From the IMG/VR virus record IMGVR_UViG_3300044655_001643: 64,000 nt of DNA. One strand, 5' to 3'. A program made the translations under genes and the position numbers. The stretch comes from a virus. The notes beneath the pieces were generated by a model, which did not search any database, was not told the DNA's origin, and saw only the letters and a list, made by a program, of their open reading frames with translations. Positions 9,543 through 17,975 of the stretch are shown piece after piece (positions within the stretch are counted from its first letter, which is position 1; every line of letters starts with the position of its first letter).

Positions 9543-10211
9543 TCAATCCCACAAGTTCCTGTAGTATTTGCCAAACAAACGTAGACCATTATCTATACGC
9601 TCATATACCTTGCGTAAACCGTCATAGTCACAAACATATGTGTGATTAGGTCCATATTCCATGGCAGACAAGTGTGGATTATCTTCATTCTTGACAAACT
9701 TATAATCTATTTCACCCGAACTATATTCTTGCTCCCATGAATCATCAACAAGATGCTCAAAGGCAAAAATCATTTCATCAAGTACCCAATTCCAACGAGC
9801 ATGAATATCTGCTTCACCTTCTTTGATTTCATGTTTATGGTAAAAATCAAATGTGGATTGTGAATCATAATCTTCGGTTGTTGTGTAACGAAGGTGTTCT
9901 GGTACATCTTCTAAATCAACAAAGCCAGAACCGTGTTTTGTTTCCCTAAGTTTCTTCAACATCGGAAGAATGATTGGTGAGAGTGTGTGATCCATATTCC
10001 ACACATCCCAATAATCAATCTTGACATATTGAATTCGTGGATGAACAAAGTCAAGAAACTTCATCCATGCACTAGAAAACGGATGAAGAATATCTGAGAG
10101 TTTTTTGATGATAGGTTCATCATAATCAATTTCACGCCAAAAGAAAACTTTCTCCAGTATTGTATATGGTGAGAGCCAATGATTACGATACTTTGACGAA
10201 TAAACTTTCAT
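9543..10211 (-). CDS. Conserved phage hypothetical protein
   Basis: Start MKVYSS at 10211 with AGGA RBS; D.W.MD.TL..II.P.L and GLRLFGKYY..LWD. Confidence 0.75.
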   Translation of the reverse strand: MKVYSSKYRNHWLSPYTILEKVFFWREIDYDEPIIKKLSDILHPFSSAWMKFLDFVHPRIQYVKIDYWDVWNMDHTLSPIILPMLKKLRETKHGSGFVDLEDVPEHLRYTTTEDYDSQSTFDFYHKHEIKEGEADIHARWNWVLDEMIFAFEHLVDDSWEQEYSSGEIDYKFVKNEDNPHLSAMEYGPNHTYVCDYDGLRKVYERIDNGLRLFGKYYRNLWD

Positions 10212-10229
10212 AATATATTCCTGAATAAG

Positions 10230-10600
10230 TGGTGGTTTTTTGGCACTAGTCCGGGTGATGCCACCAAACCCACAATTGGTGCCGACTGATTGGATAATAA
10301 GGACAGTCGGCGAAACCTCATCTAGCAATTTAGGCTGCTAGAGCGTAACTTTCATCGTTTGCAGTTACTATTTTTGCTCGGATTACGTCCGTCGCCTTTC
10401 GTGTTGCCTTCTCCACTATCTCATCCTGTCGAAACCATGTCTGGCCCATCAGAAGTGTCCTGCTGTTCACAGGTCGGGAATTCCAATCCTCAGAGTCTTG
10501 TTAAACTCTTACATATCACCCTAAACAACACTTCTGGTGGACCAGGTGGGAGTCGAACCCACGTCCAGAATGCCTTCACTTTGAAGGGATTACAACAATT
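10230..10600 (-). ncRNA. ssrA: Circularly permuted (two-piece) tmRNA, tag ANDESYALAA; outer ends approximate
   Basis: T-arm/acceptor half ...GTGGGTTCGACTCCCACCTGGTCCACCA ends at 10535, upstream of the 5' half GGGCCAGAC.TGGTTTCGAC starting at 10447; G3-U70 pair; tag frame 10362-10330. Confidence 0.92.
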
Positions 10601-10746
10601 CCTTCCTCTTTCATTATTGCATTGAACTCATTTCTTTTGTGGGCATACCAGCCCCATGAACCAAAAAATGTAGTGCCTGGATTCGGACCACATTCTCTCA
10701 AATAATTATCGAGTCTTTTGTAATATTCTTTTTCACTTATTTCCAT
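10576..10746 (-). CDS. Small hypothetical protein (56 aa)
   Basis: MEISEKEYYKRLDNYLRECGPNPG...IPSK; starts 2 nt after upstream stop; below ORF-track cutoff. Confidence 0.55.
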   Translation of the reverse strand: MEISEKEYYKRLDNYLRECGPNPGTTFFGSWGWYAHKRNEFNAIMKEEGIVVIPSK

Positions 10747-10748
10747 TA

Positions 10749-11279
10749 TCACTCCGTCGTAAATCTAGATGAACTCTTAGTTGTTCTTCCGGGTTTCAAC
10801 GGCTTGTCTGACTTCGGTTTCATTTCTGTTTGAAATGGTGCATGTGCTTTATTGAAAGCCATTTTACCTACGTTCTCTGTCTTGCCGTGTCCTGGAAAAC
10901 CTGTTTTGTTTGTTCCATGTAAGGTTGCTGTTTTTCCATCATGATGTAAGATTGAGTCTTGGTTATAATGTTCTCCATGTTTTTTAATATCATGGAGGAG
11001 TTGTTTGCCGTGTTCATCTCCTTTTCCTTTAGCATGTACCAATATAGACTTTTCTTTGCCACCTTCCCAATGACCTTCTACTTCTTTATGGGCATAACCC
11101 TGCGCCGTTAGTTTCTTTTTCAACTCTTCGTGATGCTTTTTATTTTCTTCTGGAGACACCTCACTATGTGGTCGTTGTGAGGAAAGAACTGCATAATGTC
11201 TACCTTCTTCGGCATGTTTTTGCAGTCTGGCAAGAGGATTACCCTCATCTAATTGTTTGTGTTGTTTGAATGATAGCAT
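10749..11279 (-). CDS. Putative SAM lyase (T3 SAMase-like), possibly virion-packaged
   Basis: YAVLSSQR, EEN..HH, GHW, EKSILV, YNQDSIL, TATL are colinear with T3 gp0.3 motifs as recalled. Confidence 0.6.
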   Translation of the reverse strand: MLSFKQHKQLDEGNPLARLQKHAEEGRHYAVLSSQRPHSEVSPEENKKHHEELKKKLTAQGYAHKEVEGHWEGGKEKSILVHAKGKGDEHGKQLLHDIKKHGEHYNQDSILHHDGKTATLHGTNKTGFPGHGKTENVGKMAFNKAHAPFQTEMKPKSDKPLKPGRTTKSSSRFTTE

Positions 11280-11294
11280 GACGCCTCCAAATTG

Positions 11295-11960
11295 TCAAGC
11301 ATATTTATCAACATAAACTAATAATGGTTGCCGATAATCATGTATCTGTTTTTCAAAAATTTGTGCTGGACCTTCTTCAGTAGCAATCACCACCACAATA
11401 TCATCAATCCAAATGCCAGTTCGTTCAGCAAACATCAAAGCATATGCTGTACACTGCATAAAGTAGTTCTGAATATCTTCTTCATCTTTTTGTTTGGTCG
11501 ATGTTTTGAAATCAATGACTGATAACTTACCATCCCATTCAGCAATCAAGTCAACTCGACCAGCGATTCTGTATTTGTCAGAATATAGGGCTTGCTCTTG
11601 TGCATAGACTTTGCCAACGCATTCATCAATATCTGGCTTGATTTTGAAGAATAGTTCCTTCATATCAGGCATCAACATTTGCATCTTCATTTCGGATATC
11701 TCATTGTTGATGTAATCTTCACAAATCTTATGCACTTTCGTACCACGACTTGCTGCCTTACGTGACACTTTGTTGGCCTGTTCTTCACCAACAGCCTGGC
11801 GCCATTCATAGATGGCTTTCTTATTATAATTTGAAAGTACCGTAGTGATAGACTTATACTTATTGCCTTCTGGTGTAGTATAGAGTCTACCACTATCGGT
11901 AGTTTCGGCGTTTAGATCGAATTGGAGTTGCGGCAAATTTACATGTTCAAATATTCGCAT
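11295..11960 (-). CDS. PD-(D/E)XK exonuclease (Cas4-like, T4-like exonuclease)
   Basis: Y.SITTVL, RGTKVH, AGRVDLI, IDFKTS, Y.MQ..AY. Confidence 0.88.
   Translation of the reverse strand: MRIFEHVNLPQLQFDLNAETTDSGRLYTTPEGNKYKSITTVLSNYNKKAIYEWRQAVGEEQANKVSRKAASRGTKVHKICEDYINNEISEMKMQMLMPDMKELFFKIKPDIDECVGKVYAQEQALYSDKYRIAGRVDLIAEWDGKLSVIDFKTSTKQKDEEDIQNYFMQCTAYALMFAERTGIWIDDIVVVIATEEGPAQIFEKQIHDYRQPLLVYVDKYA
11302..11309 (-). promoter_or_regulatory. Late promoter variant GATAAATA
   Basis: Upstream of SAMase-like gene, followed by GGAGG RBS. Confidence 0.55.
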
Positions 11961-11962
11961 TA

Positions 11963-12724
11963 TTATGTTTTCTCTGAGATATCCTCAAACTTCAATTTAG
12001 CCAAAATGTAATCTTTGACCAGGCTTGAACGAACAATATCATCTGGCGTAAATTCTATTCTTGTAAAAGCATCCATATGGTATGCAATATCAAAAAACTT
12101 CAACAAGCCAGATACATCGTTTTTCTTTTTGTTTAAGTCGGTTTGTCTGTAGTCACCACACCAAATGATCTTTGATCGATGGCCTACACGTGTCATCACC
12201 GTATCTATTTCTTCAAAAGTCATATTCTGCATTTCATCAACGATGATAATTGCATCATCAAATGACATACCACGAATAAACGATGTTGAAATAAATTCAA
12301 TGTGACCTTGTTCTTCTAGTCTATCCCATGCATCTTTGCGACCAAAAAGTGTTTCGCATATTTGACGATATGGTTGCTGATAGATTTCCATCTTCTCATC
12401 TACACTTCCAGGCAGATGTCCGATTTCTCTAGATTGTACTGCGGAACGAACAACAACAATTTTTTCAAAAGGATTACTTTTATCTAATACTTCTTCAATT
12501 GCTTTATATAATGCTGAAAACGTTTTACCTGTTCCAGCAACACCATGTAACGCTATAAAATAATCTTGCCTCTTATATGCATCAAAAAATGTTTTTTGAT
12601 TTTCAGTTAGTGGTTGAAACGTTTTCATATCATCCAACCTTAGTCTTAATCTATTGGTTGGTTTTGGATAATCAGTTACTTCTTCACTGCTATAAACTTG
12701 CTTTAGTGCTGCTCTCCTTGCCAT
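11963..12724 (-). CDS. phoH: PhoH-like ATPase
   Basis: GVAGTGKT, IGHLPG, RGMSF, DEMQN, GD..Q.D, DIVRS. Confidence 0.95.
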   Translation of the reverse strand: MARRAALKQVYSSEEVTDYPKPTNRLRLRLDDMKTFQPLTENQKTFFDAYKRQDYFIALHGVAGTGKTFSALYKAIEEVLDKSNPFEKIVVVRSAVQSREIGHLPGSVDEKMEIYQQPYRQICETLFGRKDAWDRLEEQGHIEFISTSFIRGMSFDDAIIIVDEMQNMTFEEIDTVMTRVGHRSKIIWCGDYRQTDLNKKKNDVSGLLKFFDIAYHMDAFTRIEFTPDDIVRSSLVKDYILAKLKFEDISEKT

Positions 12725-12765
12725 AAATGTTCCTTATATACGGACTACAGGTTAGCATAATACAA

Positions 12766-13068
12766 TTACTGCCCAAATTTTCCTAAATGTTTATCAACAA
12801 TTTTTTGTGTTTGTGATTCTTTGATAGACTTCTTGCCGTGACGATTTGCCACAGAAGATTGTTTATGATTCTCGGAAACTTTTGATAGAACTTCTTTGAA
12901 ACCGTCTGGTATTTTACCAGTGATTGATACGCCACTGACTGTAGCAGTGGCTCCTATGACTTGTTGGATGTGGGGATTTGCTTTCAGAAATTCTCCACGC
13001 TCAGATATTTTCATCAGCGCAGAGAATTCTTCACCCGTTTCTGTATTATAAAAATCGTATGTCGGCAT
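12766..13068 (-). CDS. FmdB-like small regulatory protein
   Basis: MPTYDF.N.ETGE start; DGFKEVLSK. Confidence 0.65.
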   Translation of the reverse strand: MPTYDFYNTETGEEFSALMKISERGEFLKANPHIQQVIGATATVSGVSITGKIPDGFKEVLSKVSENHKQSSVANRHGKKSIKESQTQKIVDKHLGKFGQ

Positions 13069-13073
13069 TATTC

Positions 13074-13613
13074 TTATATAGTCAAGTACCAATCTGGGAC
13101 TGGTCGTTTTTTCCATTTAGCCAGATGAATTTTATTCTTAGTATAATAATTTCGATAGGATTTTAGTGAATCATCTAACACTTTTACATCATCAGGCATT
13201 GCTGGCGTTGGTTCAGTAAAGAAACCAGTTTTGATGTTTTTAGGCACCACACTCAAAGCATTTATGAGTCTTTCACATGCATGATTCTTTTCATAGCGAT
13301 AAGTGTACTCGGTCAACAGACACCGCCACATATTGTACAACCAAATGTAATTCAAGTCCGATGCTCTGGCCCATACCGCAGATGGATGATTGATATGTGA
13401 TGCTTTCATGAGTTCTTGCTCACGTTCATCAGGCAAACGCCAACGCTTGATCTTTCGACCATTTGCAGTCAAATCAGTATATTCATCACCATCTAAGATA
13501 CGATGCGCCGTTGACAAGAGTTGTGCATACTCAATAATCATTTTTACCACATGTTTATCATTGTGGTATTCGGCACAAATCTTAGGATCAGAATGAAGAT
13601 AAAAGACGTTCAT
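13074..13613 (-). CDS. Pyrimidine dimer DNA glycosylase/DenV-like family protein
   Basis: MNVFYL, DKHVVKM..E.AQLLST, H.NHPS..W, AMPD, YR.YY. Confidence 0.8.
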   Translation of the reverse strand: MNVFYLHSDPKICAEYHNDKHVVKMIIEYAQLLSTAHRILDGDEYTDLTANGRKIKRWRLPDEREQELMKASHINHPSAVWARASDLNYIWLYNMWRCLLTEYTYRYEKNHACERLINALSVVPKNIKTGFFTEPTPAMPDDVKVLDDSLKSYRNYYTKNKIHLAKWKKRPVPDWYLTI

Positions 13614-13882
13614 TAGAAGCAAAGAAAACGGCAGTTTGTATTCACCGTCTGTGCTGCTGACGATTTATTCTGTAATTGAGTCTGGTGCAACTCTTTTAGA
13701 TGTTGCATTTTCAATTCTTGCTCACGTTTGTCCATGTCACGCTGCAATGCTTCGATCTTAGCAATTTGCGTTTTGATCAAATCATCATTGTTCAAACTTT
13801 GCGGATTATGAATAGGATCTTTGTAAGTCGAACACGCTGTCAACGCTACAAAGGGTAAAATAAAAATAAGTTTAGTTTTCAT
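13613..13882 (-). CDS. Putative lipoprotein
   Basis: Signal peptide with LTAC lipobox. Confidence 0.65.
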   Translation of the reverse strand: MKTKLIFILPFVALTACSTYKDPIHNPQSLNNDDLIKTQIAKIEALQRDMDKREQELKMQHLKELHQTQLQNKSSAAQTVNTNCRFLCF

Positions 13883-14108
13883 CTTTGTCCTCAGGTGTCA
13901 ATTTGCCCATGATATAAACGAGACCAATAAAGTGAACTGCTCCATACACGCCTGCCATAGCAAAGAGTGCCATGAATGTAGCAGCAATATAAAACTTTTG
14001 GCGCTCTGTGAATAAATTACCATAGAAATTAGCCGTTTCAATTGCTTGAACGGCTTGTGCTTCGAAATTTAAATACTTTGTTACAACCCAGTCTTTGAGT
14101 TTTGACAT
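13872..14108 (-). CDS. Hypothetical membrane protein
   Basis: GAGGTG RBS before ATG 14108; hydrophobic C-terminal half. Confidence 0.6.
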   Translation of the reverse strand: MSKLKDWVVTKYLNFEAQAVQAIETANFYGNLFTERQKFYIAATFMALFAMAGVYGAVHFIGLVYIMGKLTPEDKDEN

Positions 14109-14210
14109 TTTCACCTCATAAAAAGGAGGGGCACGTGGATGTCTCCCGACATTCATTGTTGTTTAATGATAAGCCTATTGTACCGCTGACGGCTATCACC
14201 CCGAAACTGT

Positions 14211-14645
14211 TTAGTCGGTGAGTTCAGTCACCTCGATATCTTCTTCAACCTTTGCTTTTTTAGTTTTTGTTGCTTTTGGTTGAACGTCCGTGGTTAGATC
14301 GGACAGTTTTTCAATCTTGTTGGCATCACGACCAACGATAGACACAACATCAAAGCCACGTGGTGTCAGAAACTTTGCAACCATTTCTTGTGCATTGATG
14401 AGTTCGTAACCAATTACATTACGACCATTTTTGTTTGCACGAACAACACCGCCATTGTATTTGAGTGTGAGAATCTCAGCACCAATACGATACATATTAT
14501 CATACTGCATTGTATCTTGAATCTCTTGCAAAGTAACAACACCGCCGTTACCAAGAACAGTCAAAAGACGTTCCCAACGAACAAGTTTGCCATTTTGTTT
14601 TGCTTTACGCTGTGACCAATAATTGGCCGATTTAGTTTGAGCCAT
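14211..14645 (-). CDS. Hypothetical protein, possibly winged-helix
   Basis: GGAG RBS before MAQTKS; follows sigma70 promoter. Confidence 0.65.
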   Translation of the reverse strand: MAQTKSANYWSQRKAKQNGKLVRWERLLTVLGNGGVVTLQEIQDTMQYDNMYRIGAEILTLKYNGGVVRANKNGRNVIGYELINAQEMVAKFLTPRGFDVVSIVGRDANKIEKLSDLTTDVQPKATKTKKAKVEEDIEVTELTD

Positions 14646-14676
14646 AATGAAACTCCATATCAACAGAAGAAATAAT

Positions 14677-14705
14677 AGTATAGCAAAGCCTGGACACTTT
14701 GTCAA
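14677..14705 (-). promoter_or_regulatory. Sigma70-type early promoter
   Basis: TTGACA-17-TATACT. Confidence 0.8.
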
Positions 14706-14708
14706 GCA

Positions 14709-15101
14709 TTACAATACTTCGTTTTTCCGACCAAGACCTGCCGGATTCATGCCAGGAGTAACGTAAACATAGTTACCCTTGTGCATCGGAGCCGTACAGG
14801 ATGCTACATCAGCCACAATCTCACGGTCGGTAGGTGAGAGTTTGTGATAATCTTTCATAATGCCAGTTTTAGTCAACGCACCTAAATGTGTATCTGGTAG
14901 TGATGGTATGTGCTTTACCTCACGGATAACACGCCGAGGCATCACTGACTTTTCTTTTGTAACTTTGGGTGCAGCAGCCGGGAAACGACCACCAGACGGC
15001 AGTGGAATACGATTGACAGAAGCAATGAAGTCTTGCTGATCTTGCAATTGCTTTTTAGTCAACTTGCGTTTCTTTGACTTGCTGTATATACGTATCATCA
15101 T
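14709..15101 (-). CDS. Conserved basic phage protein
   Basis: C-terminal APMHKGNYVYV motif. Confidence 0.7.
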   Translation of the reverse strand: MMIRIYSKSKKRKLTKKQLQDQQDFIASVNRIPLPSGGRFPAAAPKVTKEKSVMPRRVIREVKHIPSLPDTHLGALTKTGIMKDYHKLSPTDREIVADVASCTAPMHKGNYVYVTPGMNPAGLGRKNEVL

Positions 15102-15110
15102 AACAATACC

Positions 15111-15139
15111 ATTATATCAAGGGTTGAGCCACGTGTCAA
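15111..15139 (-). promoter_or_regulatory. Sigma70-type promoter, perfect consensus
   Basis: TTGACA-17-TATAAT. Confidence 0.85.
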
Positions 15140-15492
15140 GAGGTAACTTTCTCTTTTACCTTTGTGATATGCTTACATTTGTTGTGATATTTGAAACCAA
15201 TGCAGGAACAAGAATAATGCTTTCCTGACAACGTTACAATATAGTCACCTTTTGAGCCAGAAACTTTAAACTTACGGGTATTTGTTGTCGAACCTTTAAG
15301 TATTTTCAAATCGACAACATTTGCTAAATTGATAACAGAAACTGGAAAGTCTGGATTGCCAGTTTGTAAACAGAATTCGTCAGCGGAGAGCCAACGATAA
15401 GGATTGACGACCACGCCGTTGAAACTGGCACGACCAGTGTAATATTGACAATTTATGGATACTGTCGAACCAATACTAGGCAGACTTTTCAT
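15136..15492 (-). CDS. SWIM zinc-finger protein
   Basis: GSKGD.YIV...CSC.GF.....CKH; start set downstream of promoter. Confidence 0.8.
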   Translation of the reverse strand: MKSLPSIGSTVSINCQYYTGRASFNGVVVNPYRWLSADEFCLQTGNPDFPVSVINLANVVDLKILKGSTTNTRKFKVSGSKGDYIVTLSGKHYSCSCIGFKYHNKCKHITKVKEKVTS

Positions 15493-15501
15493 AGTATTAC
15501 C

Positions 15502-15530
15502 ATTATAGTATGGTAACAATACTTTGTCAA
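15502..15530 (-). promoter_or_regulatory. Sigma70-type promoter, perfect consensus
   Basis: TTGACA-17-TATAAT. Confidence 0.85.
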
Positions 15531-15554
15531 GTCTGCCGTTGTATTTTTACAACG

Positions 15555-17564
15555 TTATGAAATTGCTAAGAAAAGAAATAAACCACCACTGCCATTGATT
15601 GCTGCTGGCGCTGTGCTACTAATTTCAAATCCTGAATTGAATGCATCAATATAGTCTGTGTTAGTAACTTCAGCCGCAGTTGAATTGATTATGAGGTATG
15701 GATCGTTACCTGCCACAATACCTCTTGTGCTATCCCAAACATACCAAGCACCAGGATCTACATCATCATAACGTTTTATCATTACAAATCTTGCACCAGT
15801 AGTAAAGCCACAATCGATTTGTTTAGTTGTTCCGGAACCAACATAGCTGCCCACTTTAGACACTCCAGGACATGATGCAAATAGATAAGCAATAAAGGAT
15901 CCTGCGTTTATATTTACATCGTTTGCATTATCAAGAGAAAATACAGAACTTGTGGGTGCTGTTGAATTCCATTTATTAGGCGTGGCAGGATCAGCATTGC
16001 CATTTGAATTGAGAAATGCAGTTTCCGTTGGACCATATGCGGAATGATAAACAGGCCAGCTGGCTGATGAGTCACGCCTTTTGATAATCATCATCTCAGG
16101 CGCTACACCCAAGTTATGTGCTATGGTTCTTGCTGAACCTGTTCCTGTATAAGCAACGATATCAAAGAAACCAGGAGCACGACGGAAAAACCAATTGATG
16201 TATGTTTTACCTGACGCATTTGTGCGTTCAGACGCCGATGAACCGAACCTTACTCCATCCATGGTGTCAAATCCAGCCATATCATCGGCTCCACCGGCTT
16301 CAGCATTTGTTGTAGTTGAAGTTAAAAAACGTGTTCCTCTTAAACGATCCCACCAGTATTTAAAAGGTTCTGGAGTTGTTGACGTCCTATTATCATCAAA
16401 AAGCAAATCCGGAGTAAAGCCCACACCTGTAAGTGTGACTGCTGTGCTTGTGCCTGTTCTTGCGATTGCGTTATACACACTCGTTCCACTCGTCGGCGTT
16501 TTCATCGGTCGACGAATGGCTATGTAGATGTAGGTTTCATCTGCCCCAGCAAATTGACCGGCAGGCATACTGAATCCGTTTGCTCTTAACTGAACGCTGT
16601 AATCGCCTTCTGCGTTTGATAAATTTGGAAAAAGAACTCTTGACGTTGGATCGTTTGATGACTCGCCGTTTACCGCAGGCAAACCTCTCATGTTATCAAC
16701 CACATACCATTGAGATGTTGAATTGGAGCGTTTTATCAAAACCCACTGAGGCTCGTATCCAAGGTTAATATCAAGTCGAGTAGCACCAGTGCTAGTAAAC
16801 GATCCACAGCTAATCACATTGTCAGTATCAGTCAAGCCAAACCCGCCCGCATTGTGAGCGAATATGTATGCAATGTAAGACTCACCATTTGTATTTACTG
16901 TATCGGCAGTTCCTACTGTTATATGAGTGCTTGTCGGATTGGTGAAATAAAGTGCGTCGGAGTTGACTCCAAATGCATTTGTGCCGTTCAAAAGACCAAA
17001 TGATCCACTTGGACTTGATACTCCTCTGTTCCAAACTATCCAATCACCATTACTGCCAGTATTTAAACTTGTTTTTTTAATCATAACACAACCTGGCGTA
17101 GATTGGAGATTGTGTGGTATTTGTCGATTCGTAACACCATTACCTGTATATGTTACTATGTCAAAGAACTTAGGCTGCTTGCGGAATGTCCATGAAACGT
17201 ATCTGTTTGAAGCTGTGTTAACGAAAGCTGCATCACCGATAGTAAAACCGTTTGAATTAAACGCTGTTAGTGAATTGCCGTTTTGCCCCTGAACATCTGT
17301 GCCATTGGATCGAAGAAAATTCGTAGCACCTCTAGCAGTGTCATAAAGAGAGTGAAAATTGGCTGCACTCCTATCTTTCAGCCAAACTAAACCGCCCTTT
17401 GTTGACAGGTCTATTCCATTGTTAACGGAAAAACCACTTCCATCCCCCGTATACACATATGTCGAGAATACATCTTCAACATAGACTTTTTCAGGAACAA
17501 CAGCATTCCTAAAGCGCACATACGCTCCAATTGCACCTACACCCAATGTCGCTAAGAATGGCAT
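15555..17564 (-). CDS. Tail fibre/virion protein with internal domain repeats
   Basis: Repeated FFDIV.YTG.G...I.H.L...P...IK and YIAY.FA units. Confidence 0.7.
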   Translation of the reverse strand: MPFLATLGVGAIGAYVRFRNAVVPEKVYVEDVFSTYVYTGDGSGFSVNNGIDLSTKGGLVWLKDRSAANFHSLYDTARGATNFLRSNGTDVQGQNGNSLTAFNSNGFTIGDAAFVNTASNRYVSWTFRKQPKFFDIVTYTGNGVTNRQIPHNLQSTPGCVMIKKTSLNTGSNGDWIVWNRGVSSPSGSFGLLNGTNAFGVNSDALYFTNPTSTHITVGTADTVNTNGESYIAYIFAHNAGGFGLTDTDNVISCGSFTSTGATRLDINLGYEPQWVLIKRSNSTSQWYVVDNMRGLPAVNGESSNDPTSRVLFPNLSNAEGDYSVQLRANGFSMPAGQFAGADETYIYIAIRRPMKTPTSGTSVYNAIARTGTSTAVTLTGVGFTPDLLFDDNRTSTTPEPFKYWWDRLRGTRFLTSTTTNAEAGGADDMAGFDTMDGVRFGSSASERTNASGKTYINWFFRRAPGFFDIVAYTGTGSARTIAHNLGVAPEMMIIKRRDSSASWPVYHSAYGPTETAFLNSNGNADPATPNKWNSTAPTSSVFSLDNANDVNINAGSFIAYLFASCPGVSKVGSYVGSGTTKQIDCGFTTGARFVMIKRYDDVDPGAWYVWDSTRGIVAGNDPYLIINSTAAEVTNTDYIDAFNSGFEISSTAPAAINGSGGLFLFLAIS

Positions 17565-17588
17565 TTTTTACCTCTGTTTTATTTTTGA

Positions 17589-17972
17589 TTATATGTTATG
17601 TATATTGGAATCAATCTCATCCCATTTATATTCTTCTTCATTCCATCGATATATCTTTTCATTATCTGGAGAATTGAAAGGTGGATTCCATAAACAAGTT
17701 TCTTCGTTCAATTGCCAAGACGGAAAAGGTTTAGGTGGTATGAAAGCATCTCTATCACTATCATAGTAATATCCTACGCCCGCATAATTTTTTCTAAAAT
17801 TACTATTATAGCTTGTTTGTTTCCACTGAGCATGGCCACCCGACCAATTGACCAAAAAGGATATACCAACTTCTTCTCTTTCAGTTCCGTTAGTGTCTAA
17901 CAATTCATTGTTATGAATCACTATTACGTCTATAACATTATTGTTATCATCTAGTTTTGCAAAATGTGCCAT
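17589..17972 (-). CDS. Tail-fibre-associated conserved protein
   Basis: MAHFAKLD, WKQTSYN..FRKNYAG.G..YD...DAFIPPKPF.SW. Confidence 0.75.
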   Translation of the reverse strand: MAHFAKLDDNNNVIDVIVIHNNELLDTNGTEREEVGISFLVNWSGGHAQWKQTSYNSNFRKNYAGVGYYYDSDRDAFIPPKPFPSWQLNEETCLWNPPFNSPDNEKIYRWNEEEYKWDEIDSNIHNI

Positions 17973-17975
17973 ATT

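Noticed and set aside
10212-10328. N-terminal extension of ORF 9543..10328
   Set aside because: Overlaps the tmRNA 3' region; ATG 10211 has an RBS.
11295-11960. Cas4-like nuclease as evidence of CRISPR-Cas
   Set aside because: No repeat-spacer array or other cas genes seen; a usual T4-like exonuclease beside phoH.
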